Shown in pieces: positions 18,055 to 25,200 of a stretch of DNA of 64,000 nucleotides (its first letter is position 1; each line of letters starts with the position of its first letter). Source of the DNA: Bacteroidales bacterium (GTDB lineage: Bacteria; Bacteroidota; Bacteroidia; Bacteroidales; UBA12481). Location: assembly GCA_028686135.1 (NCBI GenBank), contig JAQUCP010000002.1:11306-75305 (forward strand), given 5' to 3'. Both the position numbers and the translations under genes were made by a program. Below the pieces are notes generated by a model. It did no database searches. It was given only the letters and a program-made list of their open reading frames with translations, and was not told the origin of the DNA.

Positions 18055-18675
18055 ATGAAACCAAGAGTGATTTTATCGATTGCCGTTGTGGGATTGGGCC
18101 TGATCATTGCTGCTGTCCCGAAAAACACGACGCAACCCTATAAACTGACTGCAAATCAGTTGCTTGATGAGGCTAATAGTAGTTATCAGTTCTTTAGTCC
18201 GGATGAGCTGGCCGACCTTCTCATCAAGAAAGATCCATCCATCCTGTTGATTGACGTTCGGGATCCGGAAGAGTTCGCTACATACAATCTTCCAGGATCG
18301 ATCAACATTCCTTTTTCCGACCTGCTCAATAGCGAATGGACTGGAACACTGAATCAGGATGTCAGGATCAATATCTTCTATTCCAACGGGACCTTGTTGG
18401 CTAATCAGGCGTGGATGATCACCCGACAGCTCGGCTATCTAAACAATTATGTGCTGGAAGGAGGACTGAACTATTGGGTCGAAACCATCATGAATCCTGA
18501 TAAGCCGCAGTCAACCAGTCCAAACGAAGAATTGGCGCGTTATGATTTCCGAAAAGCGGCAGGGGCTGCACTGGGTGGGGGGGCAGCAATTGCACCGGTT
18601 GTAGAAGAATCCAGCACACCCCGACCAGTTATTATTCGGAAACCGGCGAAAAAGAAAGTGTCAGGGGGATGCTGA
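18055..18675 (+). CDS. membrane-anchored rhodanese-like domain protein lacking the loop cysteine, with a C-terminal ...VSGGC tail
   Basis: Start moved to ATG 18055 (MKPRVILSIAVVGLGLIIAAV, N-terminal anchor). Rhodanese fold pattern LLIDVRDPEEFATYNLPGSINIP ... INIFYSNGTLLANQAW ... VLEGGLNYW. A Ser sits where the active-site Cys is expected. An Ala/Gly/Pro/Lys-rich tail ends in the only Cys of the protein. Confidence 0.75.
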   Translation: MKPRVILSIAVVGLGLIIAAVPKNTTQPYKLTANQLLDEANSSYQFFSPDELADLLIKKDPSILLIDVRDPEEFATYNLPGSINIPFSDLLNSEWTGTLNQDVRINIFYSNGTLLANQAWMITRQLGYLNNYVLEGGLNYWVETIMNPDKPQSTSPNEELARYDFRKAAGAALGGGAAIAPVVEESSTPRPVIIRKPAKKKVSGGC

Positions 18676-18678
18676 TAA

Positions 18679-19806
18679 TCAGCTCCATCTACCGCTGATG
18701 GGTGTACCACAATCCGGACAGTGACCATCTTTAAGCTTGTTAAATTCAATGCTAAATCCTGATCGCTTGATTAACAGGGTTTTGCATTTAGGACAATAGG
18801 TGTCTTCACCCCCAATACCCGGAACATTGCCGATATAAACATACTTAAGGCCAGCTTTCACCGCAATCTCTTTGGCTCGTGTTAAGGTATTCAACGGTGT
18901 TGCCGGTAGGCGGGTTAATTTATACTGCGGATGAAAGCGGCTGAAATGCAGTGGGTAATCAGCAAATCCTTCCTTTGCCAGCCAATCACACATCCGGCTG
19001 ATCTGATCAAAATCATCAGTCCAGCTGGGAATGATCAAGTTGGTGATTTCCAACCAAACGCCCTCGTTGCGGAAGGTCTTTAGGGTCTCCAGCACAGGCT
19101 CCAACGTGCCACCGGTGAGCTTAAGATATACAGCCGGGTCGAAGGTTTTGAGATCAATATTGGCTGCATCGATCACCGTACAGAGCTCACGCAGTGGAGC
19201 TTGGTTAATATACCCATTTGATACCATGATGTTACGAAGTCCCTTTGAACGGGCAATCGTGGCCGTATCATACATATATTCAAAAAACGTGATAGGCTCG
19301 GTATAGGTATAGGCTATCGAGGTACAATCATGCTGTAAAGCAGAAGCCACAACAGCTTCCGGACTGGCCGACTGGTTCCGGGTTTGTGTTGGACTGGCCT
19401 GACTGATTTCCCAGTTTTGGCAGTTTAGGCAGGCGAAATTGCATCCAGCGGTGGCTATGCTAAAGGCCAGAGAGGTGGGGTAAAAGTGTAGTAAAGGCTT
19501 CTTCTCAACGGGATCGATGTGTACGGCGCAAGGATTCCCGTAAGCCATCGTGTAGAGTTTGCCGTTGCGGGCAATTCGGTTTCTGCAATCACTCAGTTCG
19601 CCATCTTTAAGCGTGCATTCGTTCGGACAAAGCTGGCATTTAACGCCTCGGGGAGTCGCGATATAATGACGGGCTTCCTTTTCTCCCGGTTCGATATTTC
19701 GAGGTTCCATGATGTTGAAATTTTCTGATTTAAGGGTGTTCCAGGCTGATAAACAGGTGTATCCACCTGCCATGAGAGTGTATTTAATAAAGCTTCTTTT
19801 GTCCAT
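18679..19806 (-). CDS. AmmeMemoRadiSam-system radical SAM enzyme (PflA-like)
   Basis: 375 aa. Radical SAM motif CNFACLNC. N-terminal extra Cys cluster CQLCPNEC...C. C-terminal zinc-ribbon-like CPKC...CPDC. Tat-like N-terminus MDKRSFIKYTLMAGG. TAATG overlap with the upstream gene. Confidence 0.8.
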   Translation of the reverse strand: MDKRSFIKYTLMAGGYTCLSAWNTLKSENFNIMEPRNIEPGEKEARHYIATPRGVKCQLCPNECTLKDGELSDCRNRIARNGKLYTMAYGNPCAVHIDPVEKKPLLHFYPTSLAFSIATAGCNFACLNCQNWEISQASPTQTRNQSASPEAVVASALQHDCTSIAYTYTEPITFFEYMYDTATIARSKGLRNIMVSNGYINQAPLRELCTVIDAANIDLKTFDPAVYLKLTGGTLEPVLETLKTFRNEGVWLEITNLIIPSWTDDFDQISRMCDWLAKEGFADYPLHFSRFHPQYKLTRLPATPLNTLTRAKEIAVKAGLKYVYIGNVPGIGGEDTYCPKCKTLLIKRSGFSIEFNKLKDGHCPDCGTPISGRWS

Positions 19807-22322
19807 TACGTTTTCTTCATTCGGGCTGTGATCAATAGAATAAGCCAGACAACCAAACTCGATAAAGTTATGATTATGGCTCCAAACAGCATGCCAGTAA
19901 TTGGGATGATCACCAAAGGGAACACGATCGCTCCGGTGCCTGCACCTAATAGATCATATCCGTAAAGCCTGTTTTGCTTGATTTTTGATTCCACCATCTG
20001 CCGACTTAATCCGGCGAAAAAAATCCCGGTAGCTGCAGCTATTGTGAAGCCTATGACCAAGAGAACGAGAACAGGGACAAAAGCTGGTCCTTTGTGATTC
20101 GCTAATACCGGTAGCAGAATGGCTAGCAATCCTGATGAAAGGAAGAAAAGCAATAGTGCCTGGTTGGTGCGGGATCGATCGCTTTCTCCTGGTAACCTCC
20201 GGTAAAAAAGACTGCCCATGGCAAGTCCGGCCATGAAAATCCCGAGGAATAGCCCAGATAACTGATAGATAGCTCCGGCTAATGTTTGTAGCAGGAACAG
20301 GAGCAAGATCTCCGACCCGGATGCCGCAGCTCCAAGAAGAAAAATTCCGGTTAATCCACCGTGACCCGTCCAGAGCCCGGCAACAATTACCAGAACAGTC
20401 AGGATCAGGACCGGCCAGACCGCTTTCTGCGGAAAGAGTCCCAGCCACCAGGCGATCTGACTCATGCTGGCGACCGGTCGCAGCACCGAGTTGGAGATCG
20501 TGGCTGAAGAGACCTCTTGGTTAACAAGCTCCGTTCGGTCTCCGAAGAGGCGCTCATTAAAATACCCGCGATTAACGTACAGATTATCAATGCCTAACTC
20601 ATCAATCCTGGTCAGAATATCCAGCCGAAGACTATCATTTGAAAGCAGTAAGTAGCTATTTTCTCCAGGCAAGACCAGGGCATGCTTGAATGATTCTAGT
20701 CCGGCACGACGCACGGTACTCAGCACCCCAGCTGCCTCCTTAGAGACATAGTTTGCCGTACCCGGCATGATAGAAGTGATGACACCGTCCTCTGCAAGAA
20801 TCATTCTGAGTTGATTAAAGAATTCAGTAGAGTAGAATCGGTTGAGATGAAGGTTATATGGACCCGGCAGATTAATCAGGATGGCATCATAGACTTGGTC
20901 TGCATGCCGGACCCAATAGGCAGGGGTCTTTCTGATCTGCCGGATCTTATCCCCTGTCGCAGATAGTCCGAGATGTTCTGCCTGTTCAATAAGATGGGGA
21001 TCAGTAGCGATGAAATCAATTGATCGGGGTGAAAATTTCTCCAGAGCTTCTTCGATTCCGGAAAGTAATCCCCCGATAACGAGGATATTAGCAGGTTGGT
21101 CGAGCTGAGCAAGAGTGAACGAGGCGATCTCTTCATTGACGATGATATTGCCCGCCGAATGTACCAGCAGACCGTTCTCGTAGATATTCTCCTGGCCACC
21201 TGTTTCCGTAACGGTAATTCGTCCGGCGGTTCCAGGTCGGGTGGCCAAAACTGTTTCGTTGGGATGAAACATCCGGGTGATAACCCGATCAAGATCCACA
21301 CTATGCACACTAACGCCTATGGCTAAGACGATCACTGTCAGGATAAGACCTGATGTTTTGTTTTGTTTCGAGAGAATCGTCAGGAGTAGAGTTACCGCTG
21401 CAGCCCCAAGAAACAAAACGGTGATTGATGACATCCCCAACAAGATGGTCAGGGTGACTATCAGGCCTCCGATAGCTCCTCCGGCACTTTCCCATCCGTA
21501 GAAATGCCGGAGACGACTCCCGTCAGGCTGAAAAACTCTGGCACTCCAAGTGAAAGCAAATCCACTCAGAAAGCAGTATGGTAGCAGGATGATACAGGTG
21601 AGAGCAGTAAAGGGTAATGGACCGGCTTCGATTCCCGGAGCAAAAAACTGCTTTTTTAAAAGATAAAGCAAGGGCATCAGAACCAGCGGCAGAAATATCA
21701 GGGTTCTGATGAGCAGGATAACTTTCGCTGATGATTTGGCCTTACCCAATTGATCCGAAACCCGTGCTACCGATCCGGTGATGGAACCGGTACCAGTGAT
21801 GGCCATCCAAAGCAGAAAAATTATCGAAAGGGTTAACTCATTGCCTTGAAACAGGGCAAGTAATTCGCGAATCATGACCGTCTGAACCAATATCGCCGAA
21901 AACCCAATCACTAATGGAATGCTGACAAAGTTGATGTTATTGATCTGGATGCCTGTAAGTGATTTATTATCAGTTGGAAAGGGGTCTTCGCTTGTTGTCA
22001 GTTGCTTCGTAAAAGGCACAAAATAGAGAAAGTGCCAGCTTAAATGGAACAAACCGGTCAAACTCATCCCGATACCAAAATTGACGTGCCAGCGCAACAC
22101 TTTTTCAGTCCAAGGTACCTCCAGCTTGTAATTGATCTGGATAGCCATCAGGATACCTAAGACGATGGTGACCAGGAAAGTCAGCAATAGGGCATAATTC
22201 CATATTTGGCGGTGTAGTTTGCTGGATAGAATTTCTAGGTGGCTAAATAGCAAGCTGATGAAATAGAGAATCAAAAGGCCGGCAGTGATCGGAATAAGCA
22301 GATAGGGAGCATTAGTGATCAT
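19806..22322 (-). CDS. polytopic membrane protein with a central spermidine-synthase-like (Rossmann/SAM-MTase fold) domain
   Basis: 838 aa. At least 14 hydrophobic segments are split into N- and C-terminal blocks. The central soluble part contains ANILVIGGLLSGIEEALEKF and YDAILINLPGPYNLHLNRFYSTEFFNQLRMILAEDGVI, which resembles aminopropyltransferase strands. TAATG overlaps at both ends. Confidence 0.7.
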   Translation of the reverse strand: MITNAPYLLIPITAGLLILYFISLLFSHLEILSSKLHRQIWNYALLLTFLVTIVLGILMAIQINYKLEVPWTEKVLRWHVNFGIGMSLTGLFHLSWHFLYFVPFTKQLTTSEDPFPTDNKSLTGIQINNINFVSIPLVIGFSAILVQTVMIRELLALFQGNELTLSIIFLLWMAITGTGSITGSVARVSDQLGKAKSSAKVILLIRTLIFLPLVLMPLLYLLKKQFFAPGIEAGPLPFTALTCIILLPYCFLSGFAFTWSARVFQPDGSRLRHFYGWESAGGAIGGLIVTLTILLGMSSITVLFLGAAAVTLLLTILSKQNKTSGLILTVIVLAIGVSVHSVDLDRVITRMFHPNETVLATRPGTAGRITVTETGGQENIYENGLLVHSAGNIIVNEEIASFTLAQLDQPANILVIGGLLSGIEEALEKFSPRSIDFIATDPHLIEQAEHLGLSATGDKIRQIRKTPAYWVRHADQVYDAILINLPGPYNLHLNRFYSTEFFNQLRMILAEDGVITSIMPGTANYVSKEAAGVLSTVRRAGLESFKHALVLPGENSYLLLSNDSLRLDILTRIDELGIDNLYVNRGYFNERLFGDRTELVNQEVSSATISNSVLRPVASMSQIAWWLGLFPQKAVWPVLILTVLVIVAGLWTGHGGLTGIFLLGAAASGSEILLLFLLQTLAGAIYQLSGLFLGIFMAGLAMGSLFYRRLPGESDRSRTNQALLLFFLSSGLLAILLPVLANHKGPAFVPVLVLLVIGFTIAAATGIFFAGLSRQMVESKIKQNRLYGYDLLGAGTGAIVFPLVIIPITGMLFGAIIITLSSLVVWLILLITARMKKT

Positions 22323-23872
22323 TACGGAAGCCTCTTTTCTTGAAATTCCAACGCTTCATAGACGTAAATTTCTGCCTGTTTCCAACCATCCCAACCAATT
22401 CCCGCCTTGTCACGAGCACAATGCCCAAGAAACTCCTCCAGATTCCAACCGGTCTCGCGCGCGACTTGAGGTAAAAAGGTTCCCGATTGAAATCCCTCTT
22501 TGATGTAAATGCCATGCTTTCCTAGAACTATTTCATTGATATCCTTTATTTTACGCATTGGAGTTAAAACGGAGATTTCAATGTGAATATCAGATAGCTC
22601 CTTGGGTTGTACTGGTAAAAACCGGTTATCTTGAGTCGAGGAGGCGATCGCCAATTGTTGAACAAGCTGATAGAGAGGCCTGTCTGCTTCAAATGATCCG
22701 ATACAACCACGCAATTTCTCGCCAACCTTAAGGGTCACAAAGGCTCCGGCTTTCGTTTTAAGATTTGGACTATACTGTTTGGGTGTAAGGGATGGAGTTT
22801 CTCGCCGACGGATATAGGATTCAAGCGTGTTGCGTGCGATTCTGAGTAGCTCTTCCCTGTCATCCTGGGTTAGAATGAACCCTTTTTCCTGTTTTTCAAC
22901 AATTGTAATAGCGTGATAACCAACTACTCCCGACTTGTCGCCGTACAATTTGCTGTCGCCCGAATTTTGATAATCAATGCGGACAAACTCCAAAGCTCGG
23001 TTATGGGTTGTCAGGTGAAGCAGGGTTAACCCTGATGGCCAGGCGCACATGCTGGTGACCAGTCCGGGAATCCGTTTTTGTTCGTTTGATTTCAGCACTG
23101 CAAGAAAATCATCGATAGAATTGCTACAGAAGGCTTCTGCAGTGGCCTGGTCAACCTGAATGGCCTGCTCGTAAGGAGGATAATGCGAAAAGTCAGCACT
23201 CAGGATGAAAAGATTCTCAGGGGTAAAATATGGCTTAAGTTCTTCCGCAACAGCTTCGCTGACCGAGGTCACCTGACTGGCGAGGACGATAGGAACGATT
23301 TTGAAGGGGTTTTTGATGACTGTTTGTAGAAAGGGCAATTGGACTTCAATACTATGTTCCTCCATATGAGCTTCTGGATCATCGGTAAAGAAATCATTGC
23401 TCGTAGCTAACTTCTTAGAAATCTCTTTATTAACCTCAACTCTCCCCAGTGGTGTGATGTAATCCCCTGAGGTGTAAACCGATGCTTTACCGAGGCTGAC
23501 GCGATGAGAGGAGGCCAGGATAAAGATGTTCTGATACGGGTAATTTGGATCGATCTGATTGAAACCTGATGCTGCCACACTGCCGGAAAAAACATATCCC
23601 GCGTGGGGAACCACCAAAGCTCTAACAAATCCCTTGTTTGAGGCGGGTTTGGCATTAGCCAGTAAACCATTGATGGTTTTAGACAGTTCGACTGGATTGG
23701 CGGGATAGAATGTCCCGGCCACAACAGGCTGGCGGTCTTTGTTTCTTGCTTGCATGCTGGTCTGGTTGAATGATAAAGGTACACTCAAAAGAAAAAGGAA
23801 AAAAAGCATAACCCAACACCTCGGGCCAAAAACCCGATTTAACTCGACTTGACTAGTTCTTACTATGCTCAT
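22322..23872 (-). CDS. fusion protein: Memo-like (AmmeMemoRadiSam protein B) N-domain + AMMECR1 (protein A) C-domain, with an N-terminal signal/anchor
   Basis: Memo part: VVPHAGYVFSGSVAASGF, EHSIEVQLPFL, LSADFSHY and VVGYHAI. AMMECR1 part: GAFVTLKVGEKLRGCIGS, HIEISVLTP and GTFLPQVA. I placed the start at ATG 23872 (MSIVRTS...) and ATG 23809 (MLFFLFLL...) is an alternative. The track's TTG start at 24025 is rejected. Confidence 0.8.
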   Translation of the reverse strand: MSIVRTSQVELNRVFGPRCWVMLFFLFLLSVPLSFNQTSMQARNKDRQPVVAGTFYPANPVELSKTINGLLANAKPASNKGFVRALVVPHAGYVFSGSVAASGFNQIDPNYPYQNIFILASSHRVSLGKASVYTSGDYITPLGRVEVNKEISKKLATSNDFFTDDPEAHMEEHSIEVQLPFLQTVIKNPFKIVPIVLASQVTSVSEAVAEELKPYFTPENLFILSADFSHYPPYEQAIQVDQATAEAFCSNSIDDFLAVLKSNEQKRIPGLVTSMCAWPSGLTLLHLTTHNRALEFVRIDYQNSGDSKLYGDKSGVVGYHAITIVEKQEKGFILTQDDREELLRIARNTLESYIRRRETPSLTPKQYSPNLKTKAGAFVTLKVGEKLRGCIGSFEADRPLYQLVQQLAIASSTQDNRFLPVQPKELSDIHIEISVLTPMRKIKDINEIVLGKHGIYIKEGFQSGTFLPQVARETGWNLEEFLGHCARDKAGIGWDGWKQAEIYVYEALEFQEKRLP

Positions 23873-23893
23873 ATTATCAGAATCTCCTATCCT

Positions 23894-23937
23894 CACACCC
23901 CACACCCCACAACTTGACAACTTGACAACTTGACAAC
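23894..23937. repeat. short tandem repeats: (CACACCC)x2.4 followed by (ACAACTTG)x3.6
   Basis: Read directly: cacaccc cacaccc cac at 23894..23910, then acaacttg acaacttg acaacttg acaac at 23909..23937. The repeats end 37 nt upstream of the Memo-AMMECR1 ATG at 23872 and lie just downstream of the IS remnant. Confidence 0.9.
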
Positions 23938-23942
23938 CTCCT

Positions 23943-24416
23943 TCACACCCCCACAATCCTCCTCCAAAAGCTCCGCTTTCTCCTGTCGGAGTATGTCTTG
24001 TATGTTTTATCGTCGGTTTTGCCAAATTGTTTAAGACTGATACTTCGGATCAGTGCCAGTCCCTCAGCTCCGATCCTCCTCCTGAAGTTGGATAGTTCTT
24101 TGGTTTGGAACGGCCGCTTCGTTTGAAAGTGGACTTCGCCGCAAAAATATTGCCAGTAAGGATTTTCGGGCCAGAGCTTCATGACCTTTTCGTCGCTCAA
24201 ACTAAAGCGTTCCTTGAGGAGCATCATGCCGATCAACTTCCGAGGCGGGATCGAAGGTCTTCCTCTTTGGGAATAAAACGGGGTGAAGTGTTCTTCCACC
24301 TGCTCCCAGTCGATGTGTGTAGCACCGACAAAAAGTTCATGCTTGGAGTCTAGGAGTCGTTCCAGCGGTACCTCAAAGATATCCAGCTGGGCTTTATTTC
24401 GTGTGCGTCCTAACAT
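23943..24416 (-). pseudogene. IS5-family transposase remnant (N-terminal DUF772-type domain only; DDE catalytic domain missing)
   Basis: The 157-aa ORF MLGRTRNKAQLDIFEVPLERLLDSKHELF...RGRPSIPPRKLIGMMLLKERFSLSDEKVMKLWPENPYWQYFCGEVHFQ...FRRRIGAEG matches the typical N-terminus of IS5/IS1182-type transposases. Similarity seems to end near LKQFGK (about 24030), and the rest of a ~330-450 aa transposase is absent. Confidence 0.75.
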
Positions 24417-24495
24417 GGGTTGTAAGGGTTAAGGGATAATTAGCCAATCCCTTACAAGATACTAAAAAAAACAGTAGTTGGGAATGGGTAACTCT

Positions 24496-25200
24496 TTAGC
24501 GAAAAATCCAAGCGACGGTTTGGGTAGCGACAACGCCAGCTGTCTCTGTCCGTAATCTGCTGTTACCTAGTGTTATAGGGGTAAAACCATGATCAAGTGC
24601 TTCTTTGATCTCCTTAGGACTGAAGTCTCCCTCGGGGCCAATCAGCAAGGTTATGGTGCGGGATTCTCTCTCAACTTGATCGAGCCATTGTTTCTCCCCG
24701 TCTGTGCAGTGAGCGATGGCTTTGGAACCAGTGAAAGCCTGACCGATAAAGCGTCCAAAAGGGGTTGGCTCGTGGATATCCGGGTGAAAAGCTTTGACCG
24801 ACTGTTTCATGGCGGCAATGGCAACACGCATCAGTCTCTCTGTTTTGATATCCTTGCGCTCGGATCGCTCACAAATCAACGGGGTAACCTCGCTCAACCC
24901 GATCTCAGTTGCCTTTTCCAAAAACCACTCGAACCGTTCGGATTGCTTGGTTGGGGCGATCGCGATATGCAGATGATACGATGGCTTCCCAAATCCTTCT
25001 ACCCGTTCATCTACCTGAACCCGACAGCCTTTGGGATCAGGGTGGGTAATGGTCGAAGGGAACCAGCCACCGCGACCGTTGACCAGGATAATCTGCGAGC
25101 CTGCTTCCAGCCGCAAGACTCTGATCGCATGATGTGATTCATCACGAGAAAGTATAAACTCCTTTTGTTCAGTAAGTTCTGGTGAGTAAAACAGGGTCAT
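24496..25200 (-). CDS. rsmE: 16S rRNA (uracil1498-N3)-methyltransferase RsmE
   Basis: 234 aa. N-terminal PUA-like part (ESHHAIRVLRL) and C-terminal SPOUT part (LLIGPEGDFSPKEI, LGNSRLRTETAG). Confidence 0.85.
   Translation of the reverse strand: MTLFYSPELTEQKEFILSRDESHHAIRVLRLEAGSQIILVNGRGGWFPSTITHPDPKGCRVQVDERVEGFGKPSYHLHIAIAPTKQSERFEWFLEKATEIGLSEVTPLICERSERKDIKTERLMRVAIAAMKQSVKAFHPDIHEPTPFGRFIGQAFTGSKAIAHCTDGEKQWLDQVERESRTITLLIGPEGDFSPKEIKEALDHGFTPITLGNSRLRTETAGVVATQTVAWIFR

Noticed and set aside
18671-18683. A perfect 13-bp palindrome, GCTGATAATCAGC, that contains the stop codons of both convergent genes (rhodanese-like and radical SAM).
   Set aside because: A 6-bp stem with a 1-nt loop cannot form a hairpin terminator. 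It is most likely a coincidence of two TGA stops facing each other. No T-run is present.
23894-23960. A G-rich minus strand (GGGGGTGTG ... GGGGTGTGGGGTGTGAGG) considered as a G-quadruplex, and the short repeats considered as a CRISPR-like array.
   Set aside because: Only three proper G-tracts are present and one loop is very long. The repeat units are 7-8 bp with no spacers, so this is a microsatellite and not a CRISPR array.
23873-24025. The ORF track extends the Memo-AMMECR1 gene by 51 codons to a TTG at 24025 (MAKPTIKHTRHTPTGESGAFGGGLWGCEGGCQVVKLSSCGVWGV...).
   Set aside because: The extension is translated from the CACACCC/ACAACTTG tandem repeats and overlaps the IS-remnant ORF. It is low-complexity, starts at TTG, and precedes a perfectly good signal-peptide start (ATG 23872 or 23809).
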